NCBI GenBank assembly: GCA_041476585.1
Contig: JBGOTT010000002.1
Coordinates: forward strand, 1 to 41,319
Direction of reading: 5' to 3'
Source: Gammaproteobacteria bacterium
Lineage (GTDB): Bacteria > Pseudomonadota > Gammaproteobacteria > Burkholderiales > SG8-39
Length of the DNA stretch: 41,319 bases
Shown here: in pieces, positions 27,183 to 35,369 of the stretch
How the letters are laid out: each line of letters starts with the position of its first letter
Numbering within the stretch: the stretch's first letter is position 1
Program-made: the position numbers and the translations under genes
The notes under the pieces: generated by a model
Told to the model about the DNA's origin: nothing
What the model saw: the letters and a program-made list of their open reading frames with translations, nothing else
The model's database searches: none

Positions 27183-28268
27183 ATGCGTGCGCCGCTTTCC
27201 GGACTGATGTGGCTTGCAGCGGGAGCGCTGGCCGCGCTGCTCGTGATCGAGGGAATTTTCAGGCTGCTGCCGGTGCCCATGGGACTTTACCGTACCGAGC
27301 AGTTCGATCGCTGGCCCCTGCAGGGGTATCAGCCCGGGCAGTCTTTCACGTCATCGGAAACCTGGCAGATGCTGAACGTGCGTCGTGGAAAGACCAACAA
27401 CTATGGCCACCGCGCGCCATTCGATTATCGCGTGGGATCGCATCCGGTGATCGTCGTCGGAGACAGTTATGTCGCGTCGCCAAAGAACGTCTATGAAGAA
27501 TCCATACAAGGGCGACTGGGCGAGCATCTTGGATCCCGCGAGTCGGTGTATGGCCTTGCTTTTACCGGCCTGTCGGCCAGCGACTATCTGGCCCTGTCGC
27601 GACTTGCCAAAGCGGAATTCGCTCCCTCGGCCGCAGTGTTTGTCGTCATCGATGGAGATTTGTCCGAAAGTCTCCCGGCCCGGCTCGGCTATTATCACTT
27701 CGTGCCGCAAGGCGATTCGTTCCGGCTGGAGTACCTTCCGTTGCGCGGCGAGACCCTCGGGAAAGCAGTCCGCAAAACGATCGGTGAGATATCCCTCTAT
27801 CGCTACATCTACGACAACCTGGGTTTTTCGTCCGAGGCGCTATTCAAGTTCGGCCGGAGCGGGGAGCAGCCTCAACCAGCCCGCGTTGTGGGGGATGCCG
27901 TACTTCAACGCAGGATGGTCGATTACTTCCTGGCCGAACTGCCGCGAGCGCTCGGCGTGCCTCCTCGATGCATCGCTTTCCTCGTTGATTCGGATCGCTA
28001 CGCTATCTATGATCCCCGGTCGCCCTCGGAGCCCAAGGAAACGCCGGAGGTGCGACGTTACTTTCTCGACCAGGCGCAAGAATCGGGGTTCGCGGTCAGC
28101 GACCTGGACCCCGTCTTCCGCGCGCGCTACGCCCGGGATCGCACGAAGTTTGACTTCTGGCCGATGGATCGGCACTGGAACAGGACGGGTCATAGTGTGG
28201 CTGCAGACGAGGCCTATCGCCTGCTGTTTGGCGCGGGCAAGCGAGAGTGCCTGCCGGGTTTGCATTGA
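27183..28268 (+). CDS. AlgJ/AlgX/DltD-like SGNH-type partner of the MBOAT (polysaccharide O-acetylation)
   Basis: ATG 1 nt after the MBOAT stop. The N-terminal signal-anchor is LMWLAAGALAALLVIEGIF. VIVVGDSY is a GDS block and DRHWNRTGH resembles the AlgJ/AlgX D-x-H-W block. The start is uncertain because no clear RBS is present. Confidence 0.6.
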   Translation: MRAPLSGLMWLAAGALAALLVIEGIFRLLPVPMGLYRTEQFDRWPLQGYQPGQSFTSSETWQMLNVRRGKTNNYGHRAPFDYRVGSHPVIVVGDSYVASPKNVYEESIQGRLGEHLGSRESVYGLAFTGLSASDYLALSRLAKAEFAPSAAVFVVIDGDLSESLPARLGYYHFVPQGDSFRLEYLPLRGETLGKAVRKTIGEISLYRYIYDNLGFSSEALFKFGRSGEQPQPARVVGDAVLQRRMVDYFLAELPRALGVPPRCIAFLVDSDRYAIYDPRSPSEPKETPEVRRYFLDQAQESGFAVSDLDPVFRARYARDRTKFDFWPMDRHWNRTGHSVAADEAYRLLFGAGKRECLPGLH

Positions 28269-28499
28269 TACGGCAGGCAGCTCGCTGACCAGGAGGTTCT
28301 GTCGCAAAGTTTGATCTTCTGGTCCAATTGCCTATGTTCCGGGAATCGATCAAACGGCGCGACGGGTATGATTGATGCTAAAGGTAGACGGTATTGGATG
28401 CACGGACTGAAGTCGGCGTGCGGTATTGCGACCTCGGCCGCCTGCAGCCACGGCCATCAAGCCGGCACCGGAATTCCCAGGCGTTAAACGAACAAGCCA

Positions 28500-29474
28500 A
28501 TGGATACCGCAACGAATCGGCTCGGGCCCGATCGGGAACTCACGATCTGCACGGTGTCTTTCCACAACGCGCCACACCTCATTGCGAACTGGGAACTCGG
28601 GGAGCGCCTTAACCGCGGCAAGGGACGACTTAAGTGGATCGTTGCGGAAAATACGCCCGACGGATCGAGGCACAAGCTGACAGCGCCCGATCCACGGTTT
28701 CGTCTGATCGCCGGCACGGAAGGGCGACACCGGGACAATTATCACCATACCATTGCCTTGCAAAAAACGCTCGGTCTGGTCGATACGCGGTTTTTGCTGG
28801 TACTGGATCCGGATTTCTATATCGTCCGCCCGAGTTGGCTGCAAGAGGTACTGGATTACATGGTCGAGGGTGGTCTTGGAATGTTCGGAGTCCCGTGGCA
28901 TCCAAAATATATCGAGAAATACCGCTATTTCCCCTGCGTGCACTGTTTCTTCGTCGATCTCGAGAAGGTTTCGATGTCCGAGCTCGACTTCCGCCCTTCT
29001 TGCCCGGACGTGGTGAACGGCGAGGAGCAAGAGAGTGGCCGCGACCGCTCGGGTGTGATTGCCAGAGTGTTCAACACACTTACGCTGCGGCACAGGCAAA
29101 AGGACTACCGCGACACCGGGACACGCATGTATCTTCGCTTCGCCAATGATCATCGCGTGAAATACGAGTGCGCCACGCCTGTCTATCGACTCCCCGAGGA
29201 CTTCCCCGGTACGCGAAATCCGCTGGCATTGCGCAGCCGTCTGATCGAAGCCGTGCTTCCCGACAGCCTGTGTTACGTTCCGAAACGGCGGGGCGCGTTT
29301 GCACGCAACGGTTTCCTCGAGCGGGCGCCGGATTCCAACCGCGGGCATTGGGAAGAGTTTCTCTGGCGTGGACAGCCGTTCGGTTTTCATATGCGCCGCA
29401 ACGCGGAGAAAATGCAGCGCGACGAAGACGTGGAGCTCGATGCCCTGGCACGCATTCTCCGCCAGTTTGGTTAG
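28500..29474 (+). CDS. putative GT-A-fold glycosyltransferase (GT2-like); low-GC gene
   Basis: LTICTVSFHNAPHL matches the GT2-type N-terminal beta-strand. FLLVLDPDFYIV is a DxD-like motif. The amino-acid composition is balanced, unlike the antisense ORF 28350-29390. No clear RBS. Confidence 0.45.
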   Translation: MDTATNRLGPDRELTICTVSFHNAPHLIANWELGERLNRGKGRLKWIVAENTPDGSRHKLTAPDPRFRLIAGTEGRHRDNYHHTIALQKTLGLVDTRFLLVLDPDFYIVRPSWLQEVLDYMVEGGLGMFGVPWHPKYIEKYRYFPCVHCFFVDLEKVSMSELDFRPSCPDVVNGEEQESGRDRSGVIARVFNTLTLRHRQKDYRDTGTRMYLRFANDHRVKYECATPVYRLPEDFPGTRNPLALRSRLIEAVLPDSLCYVPKRRGAFARNGFLERAPDSNRGHWEEFLWRGQPFGFHMRRNAEKMQRDEDVELDALARILRQFG

Positions 29475-29564
29475 ACCTCAAAGAAACTCAAAGCCCTGCT
29501 CAGACCGGCGGACACCCAACAGAACCGAAACGTTCAGCAGGTCGCCGCTTAAAGTGTACCGAGC

Positions 29565-30323
29565 TCACCGCTTGACGATGCAAGCCATAGAATCAACGGC
29601 ATCCCGGAGAGGAGAATCAAAAAACCGAATCTCGCCGGCCTTGTCGATTAGCTGATGTAGCGCAGGCAGGTCCTTGAGAAGGTCCAGTGTTTTTCGACTT
29701 TTTGGCAGCGAGCTTTCCAACTCGGGTAGCTGTTGATCCAAGTCCTCGATCACATAGATTCCGCCAGAAGCCACATACGGCCATAGCGTCCGAAGCGAGG
29801 TCTGCTGATGAAAAGAGGCGTGGCTGCCATCGTCGATCACGATATCCAGTTTTGGATAATCCGCGACCACCCGCAGAAGGTCTTCCGGCTTACCCTGGTC
29901 GCCTCGAAAAATCGCGGTACGCGGTTGGTGTAGCATCGAAAAATCATCAATATCAAAGCCCACAATACTCGCATGTGGGAAGTATTCAGCCCAAAGCTGG
30001 AGAGATGGACAGGTCACCCGTGGGTCACCCCTGTCGCGTTTCCTGGCCAAGCCGATCTCCAGGATCGTGACCGGTAGGTGTCTCATTGCATTGAAGAGAC
30101 GGTGGTAATGCCTTGTGTACCCGTTGAACGGATAAAATGTGACTCCCTTGTCGGTCGGGTGTATCGAGGCGATTCGAGTCAGTTCGTCGTAAAGCCGCCA
30201 CCGGCATCTAAGATCCCGATACACAACGGCAGCAAGCTTGTGAAGGAATTCCATCTTATCCATACCGAGCGGGAGACCGAAGGGCAGAGACAGGGCACGT
30301 CGAATTGGGAACAGAAAAGTCAT
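29565..30323 (-). CDS. class I SAM-dependent methyltransferase (CmcI/TylF-like; likely sugar O-methyltransferase)
   Basis: ATG at 30323 lies 6 nt after AGGAGA. ILEIGL, GFDID and the DIVIDDGSH ... GGIYVIED pattern are typical of this O-methyltransferase family. GC is about 50%. Confidence 0.7.
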   Translation of the reverse strand: MTFLFPIRRALSLPFGLPLGMDKMEFLHKLAAVVYRDLRCRWRLYDELTRIASIHPTDKGVTFYPFNGYTRHYHRLFNAMRHLPVTILEIGLARKRDRGDPRVTCPSLQLWAEYFPHASIVGFDIDDFSMLHQPRTAIFRGDQGKPEDLLRVVADYPKLDIVIDDGSHASFHQQTSLRTLWPYVASGGIYVIEDLDQQLPELESSLPKSRKTLDLLKDLPALHQLIDKAGEIRFFDSPLRDAVDSMACIVKR

Positions 30324-30474
30324 GAGCGATCTCCTGGGGGGTGCGTCCGATGGCGAGTGGACGAATATGCGCGCAGCCGCGCACCCGACAGAATCGAAGG
30401 GTTCAGCAAGTTGCCGCTTGATCAATCCGCCATACACGAGATTTGACGATGGCTACTGCCGGGGACCTTCCCAA

Positions 30475-31203
30475 TCAACGCGACTTGTGGAGCCAGGAAA
30501 GTGTAGAGATAGCGCTCTGCATTATTCTGAACCAACGATCTCCAAGAGTCTTCGCGGCAAACGCACGATAGGTGTGAACTCTCCCACCGCTCTGTGCATC
30601 CAGCCACGCATCTATACTCTGGCCGGCTTTCTCCCACGCCGCAGTAGTATGTTTCGCTAGCTGGCTTCCCTTCCTGATCCCCAAGAACAGGAGGTCGTAG
30701 TGGTCCCAGTTTGTCCAGAAGCGGTACAACGAAAAGGACGACGCAAGGTCCGCCGCCCTTTCAAAATCCCTCTTTGTCAGGTTTTTGTAGTAGTTCCAAC
30801 CAAGTGCGACCGTCAATGGCGATCCCTCGGGCCCGCTTCGGGCTGTTCCGTGCTCCGGACGGCCGGTTGTCGCGCAGGTCATTATTACAAGGCCACCTGG
30901 CCGACATAGACGGATCATATTTCGAAAGGTCTCCGCCGCGTAGGGGTTGTGCTCCATCGCTTCGCAGGAAATGGCCACGTCGAAAGTCGCGTCGGGAGCA
31001 TCGTACTTCTGGCCCTCGCAAACGACATCGACCCCCTTCCCCGGGCCTACATCAAGTCCGACGTAGTCGCACTCTGCGAAGAAACTACGTATCGATCCAG
31101 CAATGTCCAGTGATCCGATTTCCAAGACCCTGCTACGGTGAAAGAACTGATCAAGGTGTACCGATAGTAGCCCGACGTATTCCAACTGCGCGGCGTGAGC
31201 CAT
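30475..31203 (-). CDS. class I SAM-dependent methyltransferase (Methyltransf_11-like)
   Basis: ATG at 31203 lies 5 nt after GGAGG. VLEIGSLDIAG (motif I), YVGLDVGPG, FDVAISCEAMEHNP and LCRPGGLVIM. The track ORF extends to 31467 without recognisable homology. Confidence 0.7.
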   Translation of the reverse strand: MAHAAQLEYVGLLSVHLDQFFHRSRVLEIGSLDIAGSIRSFFAECDYVGLDVGPGKGVDVVCEGQKYDAPDATFDVAISCEAMEHNPYAAETFRNMIRLCRPGGLVIMTCATTGRPEHGTARSGPEGSPLTVALGWNYYKNLTKRDFERAADLASSFSLYRFWTNWDHYDLLFLGIRKGSQLAKHTTAAWEKAGQSIDAWLDAQSGGRVHTYRAFAAKTLGDRWFRIMQSAISTLSWLHKSR

Positions 31204-31524
31204 TATCGCCTCCAAGACCACGTCTAAGTAAAAATGAATGCGAAATATAACTGTACCAGACGGCCGGGCCGCACAGCGAACGAAGCGTGGTATCTGCCCG
31301 CTAGGATCGAGACGGTGCTCGAAGGGAGCGCTCCTGACTTGGAAGAGCCTCGGCATCGATTCCAAGGTAGAACTACCCGTGGCGGCGGGGCGTCGGAGAA
31401 AAGCCGAACCACCGAGCTCGAACGGTGCGAGACACGGCAGTGACCATTGCCGAGTGGCGGACAGCATGTAATGCGTTCAAGCAGCGACCTTTTCTCTAGC
31501 CTATTTTCTTAACTGCATTCTTCA

Positions 31525-31770
31525 TCAATCGAATGTTTCCGATTCGGACAACAGCAATCTGGCACGATCTTTCTCGGAGAGCATCGACTCGCAACCGATC
31601 GGCCATAGGATGCCGATGGCGGGATCGTTCCACCGAATGCAGCGCTCGAACCGCGCGGCGTAGTATTCCGTTGTCTTGTACGGAAAATCCGCATGCTCAG
31701 ACAAGACAGGAAACTCGTGCGCAAAGCCTGCGGGTATCCAGGCGATGCGCTTGATTTCGGCGGAGAGCCT
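31525..31770 (-). pseudogene. rmlC: 5'-truncated dTDP-4-dehydrorhamnose 3,5-epimerase fragment (C-terminal about 80 aa)
   Basis: LSAEIKRIAWIPAGFAHEFPVLSEHADFPYKTTEYYAARFERCIRWNDPAIGILWP...MLSEKD matches only the C-terminal half of RmlC. The N-terminal cupin half is absent. Confidence 0.75.
31720..31734. repeat. 15-nt direct repeat CGCAAAGCCTGCGGG, copy 1 (inside the minus-strand rmlC fragment)
   Basis: Identical 15-mer at 31720-31734 and 31810-31824, read directly from the sequence. Confidence 0.9.
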
Positions 31771-31809
31771 GAACCTGCGCCGTGCCGCGCTCGGCAATCC
31801 TACGTACAA

Positions 31810-31824
31810 CGCAAAGCCTGCGGG
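31810..31824. repeat. 15-nt direct repeat CGCAAAGCCTGCGGG, copy 2 (at the 5' boundary of the plus-strand rmlC fragment)
   Basis: Identical 15-mer exactly 90 nt downstream of copy 1. Confidence 0.9.
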
Positions 31825-32029
31825 GATGGCGCACGGCTTTCTGGTGCTGTCGGACAGCGCGGAGTTACTCTACAAGACGACAGACTACTGGGCGCCCGAG
31901 CACGAGCGCTGCATCATCTGGAACGATCCGACGCTGGCCATCGAATGGGCGGCCTTGCAGTGAGCGCCGCTGCTGTCGAACAAAGATGCCGCCGGGCAGG
32001 CGTTCCTTCAGGCGGAGGTGTTCGAGTAA
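31811..32029 (+). pseudogene. rmlC: 5'-truncated dTDP-4-dehydrorhamnose 3,5-epimerase fragment with an in-frame TGA
   Basis: KPAGMAHGFLVLSDSAELLYKTTDYWAPEHERCIIWNDPTLAIEW is followed by TGA (31961-31963). The same frame then continues as APLLSNKDAAGQAFLQAEVFE to TAA (32027-32029), a typical RmlC C-terminus. Confidence 0.75.
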
Positions 32030-32052
32030 CGCCGGCCTCGGGACATCGCGAG

Positions 32053-33966
32053 TCAGGGGCCCTCGCCGATGATGCCCTGGCGCCGCAGCTCGGCCAGCAC
32101 CTGGTCGGCCGCGCCTTCCGGACTCAGGCTGGCGGTGAGGACGCGGATCTCCGGCGCCTCGGGCTCCTCGTAGGGGGAGTCGATACCGGTGAAGTTCTTG
32201 ATCTCGCCGCGCCGCGCCTTCCTGTAGAGCCCCTTGGCGTCGCGCTGCTCGGCGATGCCGAGCGGCGCGTCGACGAAGACCTCGATGAATTCGCCGTCCT
32301 TCAGCAGGCCGCGCGCCATGCGCCGCTCGGCGCGGAACGGCGAGATGAAGGCGGTGAGCACGATCAGGCCGGCATCGACCATCAGCTTCGCGACTTCGGC
32401 GATGCGCCGGATGTTCTCCACCCGGTCGGCGGCGGTGAAGCCGAGATCCTTGGTCAGGCCGTGACGCACGTTGTCGCCGTCGAGGATGTAGGTGTGGTGA
32501 CCCATCGCGTGCAGCTTCTTCTCCACCAGGTTGGCCAGCGTGGACTTGCCCGCGCCGGAAAGCCCGGTCAGCCACAGCACGCAGGCCTTCTGGCCCTTGA
32601 TCGCCGAGCGCGCCGCCCTGTCCACGTCGACGTGCTGCAGGTGGATGTTGTGCGCGCGGCGCAGCGCGAAGCGCAGCATCCCGGCGCCCACCGTGTGGTT
32701 GGTCAGGCGGTCGATCAGGATGAAGCCGCCTGTATCGCGGTTTTCCGCGTAGGGATCGAACGCGATCGGCTGGTCGAGCTCGAGCTCGCATACCCCGATC
32801 TCGTTCAGTTCGAGCTTCTCGGCGGCGAGGTGCTCCAGCGTGTTGACGTTGATCTGGTACTTGAGCGGCGCGATGGTCGCGGCAACGATCTTGGTGCCGA
32901 TCTTCATCGAGTAGGTGCGCCCGCGCAGCATCGGTTGTTCGCCCATCCAGACGACCGTCGCCTCGAACTGGCCGGCCACCTCGGCCGGAGCGTCCGCCGC
33001 CGCGATCAGGTCGCCGCGCGAGATGTCGATCTCGTCCTCGAGCGTGAGCGTGATCGACTGCGTGGCGACCGCCTGTTCGAGATCGCCGCCGGCGGCGACG
33101 ATGCGCGCGACGCGGCTCTCCCTGCCGGAGGGTTGCGCGCGCACGCGGTCTCCGGGGCGTACCGTGCCGCTGGCGATGGTGCCGGCGAAGCCGCGGAAGC
33201 CGAGGTCCGGCCGGTTGACCCACTGCACCGGGAGCCGGAACGGCAGCCGCTGCAGCCGCTGCTCGTCGATCTCGACGGTTTCCAGCCAGCCCATCAGCGT
33301 CGCGCCACGATGCCACGGCGTATGCGGGCTGGGGGCGATCAGGTTGTCGCCCTTCAGCGCCGACACCGGAAGGCAAGTGACCTCGGCGATGCCGAGCTGC
33401 GCCGCGAACTCGCGGTATTGCGCCTCGATCTCGCGGAAGCGCTTCTCCGAATAGTCGACCAGGTCCATCTTGTTGACCGCGAGCGCGACATGGCGGATGC
33501 CGAGCAGCGAAACCAGGTAGCTGTGGCGGCGCGTCTGGGTGAGCACGCCTTTGCGCGCGTCGATCAGCAGGATCGCCGCGTCCGCGGTCGAGGCGCCGGT
33601 CGCCATGTTGCGCGTGTACTGCTCGTGCCCCGGTGTGTCGGCGACGATGAACTTGCGCCGCTCGGTGGAGAAGAAGCGGTAGGCCACGTCGATGGTGATG
33701 CCCTGCTCGCGCTCGGCCGCCAGCCCGTCGACGAGCAGCGCGAAGTCGAGCGCGTCGCCCTGAGTGCCGAATTTCCTCGATTCGCCGGCCAGCGCGGCGA
33801 GCTGGTCGTCGAACAGTACCCGCGTCTCGTACAGCAGGCGTCCGATCAGCGTGCTCTTGCCGTCGTCCACGCTGCCGCAGGTGATGAAGCGCAGCAGGCT
33901 CTTGCGCTCGTGCGACTTCAGGTAGCCGTCGATGTTGCTCGCGATCAGGTCCGAGACGTGCGCCAT
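32053..33966 (-). CDS. cysNC: bifunctional sulfate adenylyltransferase subunit 1 / adenylylsulfate (APS) kinase (CysN-CysC fusion, NodQ-like)
   Basis: The start at 33966 ([11 protein letters not shown]) overlaps the cysD stop by 1 nt (TGATG). GTPase motifs [18 protein letters not shown] and NKMD. The C-terminal APS kinase P-loop is [13 protein letters not shown]. The track ORF start at 34677 is a spurious extension. Confidence 0.92.
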   Translation of the reverse strand: MAHVSDLIASNIDGYLKSHERKSLLRFITCGSVDDGKSTLIGRLLYETRVLFDDQLAALAGESRKFGTQGDALDFALLVDGLAAEREQGITIDVAYRFFSTERRKFIVADTPGHEQYTRNMATGASTADAAILLIDARKGVLTQTRRHSYLVSLLGIRHVALAVNKMDLVDYSEKRFREIEAQYREFAAQLGIAEVTCLPVSALKGDNLIAPSPHTPWHRGATLMGWLETVEIDEQRLQRLPFRLPVQWVNRPDLGFRGFAGTIASGTVRPGDRVRAQPSGRESRVARIVAAGGDLEQAVATQSITLTLEDEIDISRGDLIAAADAPAEVAGQFEATVVWMGEQPMLRGRTYSMKIGTKIVAATIAPLKYQINVNTLEHLAAEKLELNEIGVCELELDQPIAFDPYAENRDTGGFILIDRLTNHTVGAGMLRFALRRAHNIHLQHVDVDRAARSAIKGQKACVLWLTGLSGAGKSTLANLVEKKLHAMGHHTYILDGDNVRHGLTKDLGFTAADRVENIRRIAEVAKLMVDAGLIVLTAFISPFRAERRMARGLLKDGEFIEVFVDAPLGIAEQRDAKGLYRKARRGEIKNFTGIDSPYEEPEAPEIRVLTASLSPEGAADQVLAELRRQGIIGEGP

Positions 33967-35198
33967 CAGAAGTAGCCTTCCTGCTTCTTCTTCTCCATCG
34001 ACGCGGCCGCGTCGCGATCGATCACGCGGCCCTGGCGCTCCGAGGTGCGCGCCAGCAGCATCTCCTGGATGATCGCCGGCAGCGTGTCCGCCGCGGATTC
34101 GATCGCCCCGGTCAGCGGATAGCAGCCCAGGGTGCGGAAACGCACCTTCTTCATCATCGGCACCTCGCGCTCGCCGAGCGGCATGCGCTCGTCGTCGACC
34201 ATGATCAGCGTGCCGTCGCGCTCCACCACCGGGCGCGGCCTGGCGAAGTACAGCGGCACCACGGGAATGTTCTCGACGCGGATGTACTGCCAGACATCGA
34301 GCTCGGTCCAGTTGGACAGCGGAAACACGCGCATCGACTCGCCCTTGTGCTTGCAGGTGTTGTAGAGCCGCCAGAGCTCGGGGCGCTGGTTCTTGGGGTC
34401 CCAGCGATGCTGCGCCGAGCGGAACGAGAACACGCGCTCCTTGGCGCGCGACTTCTCCTCGTCGCGCCGCGCGCCGCCCAGCGCGGCGTCGAATCCGTGC
34501 TTGTCCAGCGCCTGCTTCAGCGCCTGCGTCTTCATCACGTCGGTGTGGATCGCCGACCCGTGCACGAAGGGATTGATGCCCATCGCGGTCCCCTCGTCGT
34601 TGACGTGCACGATCAGGTCCATGCCGGCCTCGACGACGGCGCGGTCGCGGAACGCGTACATGTCGCGGAACTTCCACGTGGTGTCGACGTGCAGCAGCGG
34701 GAACGGCGGCCTCGCCGGGTAAAAGGCCTTTCGCGCCAAGTGCAGCATCACCGAACTGTCCTTGCCGATCGAGTAGAGCATTACCGGTTTGGCGGCCTCG
34801 GCGACCACCTCGCGCATGATGTGGATGGCTTCCGCCTCGAGCCGCTGCAGGTGGGTCAAGGTCGACAACTTCGTGCAGGGCGCGATCGGATCGACCTTGT
34901 CGCCCGGGCTGGAAGGGTCGGAATTCCGGTTCGTGAAAATTTGATTAATGTTGTTGGCGGCTTGGCCGGTTTCTGGGGCAATCGCCTTCCTCCTCACTCC
35001 CCTGCCGCGCGGACCTACCGGAACGGCGCCCCAGCCGCCGGCCTGGTAGGCTTTCAGTGCGCGGATCACCGTGGGTTGGCTGAGACCAGCTTTCGCAGCC
35101 GTTTCTACAATGGAGAAGCCGGAGAGCCTGAATTTCACCGCTTGGACCCTGCGCTCGTTAAGCGCTTCGACGGTAACGTTACGGCCATCTGTTGGCAT
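33966..35198 (-). CDS. cysD: sulfate adenylyltransferase subunit 2 (CysD, NodP-like) with an in-frame 110-aa N-terminal extension containing a transposase-like HTH
   Basis: The CysD core runs from [21 protein letters not shown], with PP-loop [13 protein letters not shown], to the C-terminal [12 protein letters not shown] at 34868 would give a canonical 300-aa CysD. Upstream and in frame lies [43 protein letters not shown] (HTH), with ATG at 35198 and no stop codon between them. Confidence 0.8.
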   Translation of the reverse strand: MPTDGRNVTVEALNERRVQAVKFRLSGFSIVETAAKAGLSQPTVIRALKAYQAGGWGAVPVGPRGRGVRRKAIAPETGQAANNINQIFTNRNSDPSSPGDKVDPIAPCTKLSTLTHLQRLEAEAIHIMREVVAEAAKPVMLYSIGKDSSVMLHLARKAFYPARPPFPLLHVDTTWKFRDMYAFRDRAVVEAGMDLIVHVNDEGTAMGINPFVHGSAIHTDVMKTQALKQALDKHGFDAALGGARRDEEKSRAKERVFSFRSAQHRWDPKNQRPELWRLYNTCKHKGESMRVFPLSNWTELDVWQYIRVENIPVVPLYFARPRPVVERDGTLIMVDDERMPLGEREVPMMKKVRFRTLGCYPLTGAIESAADTLPAIIQEMLLARTSERQGRVIDRDAAASMEKKKQEGYF

Positions 35199-35231
35199 GG
35201 CGTCAAAAATATCGAAACAAAAGTTGTTGCA

Positions 35232-35260
35232 AGATTAAACAAATAACAACAGCGTGTCAA
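35232..35260 (-). promoter_or_regulatory. candidate sigma-70 promoter for the HTH-cysD-cysNC unit
   Basis: On the minus strand: TTGACA (35255-35260) - N17 - TAATCT (35232-35237), about 34 nt upstream of ATG 35198. It lies in the only AT-rich gap between the heparinase-like gene and cysD. Confidence 0.5.
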
Positions 35261-35369
35261 CGTAACGCTATCCGCCAACATGAAGCTTTGCAAATGGACC
35301 CGACCGGATTCTCGAACAGATCATCCCGATCGCCCGCGCGGCAGGCGATGCGCGGCTCGAGGTCTATTC

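Noticed and set aside
28350-29390. 346-aa minus-strand ORF overlapping the GT-like gene
   Set aside because: The + strand ORF (28500-29474) has a balanced composition plus GT-A-like N-terminal and DxD motifs. The minus-strand translation has none and looks like an antisense artefact. The call is less certain than elsewhere because GC is lower here.
31693-33975. 760-aa + strand ORF
   Set aside because: It is antisense to cysNC, whose GTPase and APS-kinase motifs are unambiguous on the minus strand. It has a low-complexity R/A/G/D/L composition.
35223-35250. GTTGTT-N16-AACAAC inverted repeat overlapping the putative cysD promoter, as a possible operator for the HTH module
   Set aside because: The arms are only 6 bp in an AT-rich region, so this is expected by chance. 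There is no supporting conservation data.
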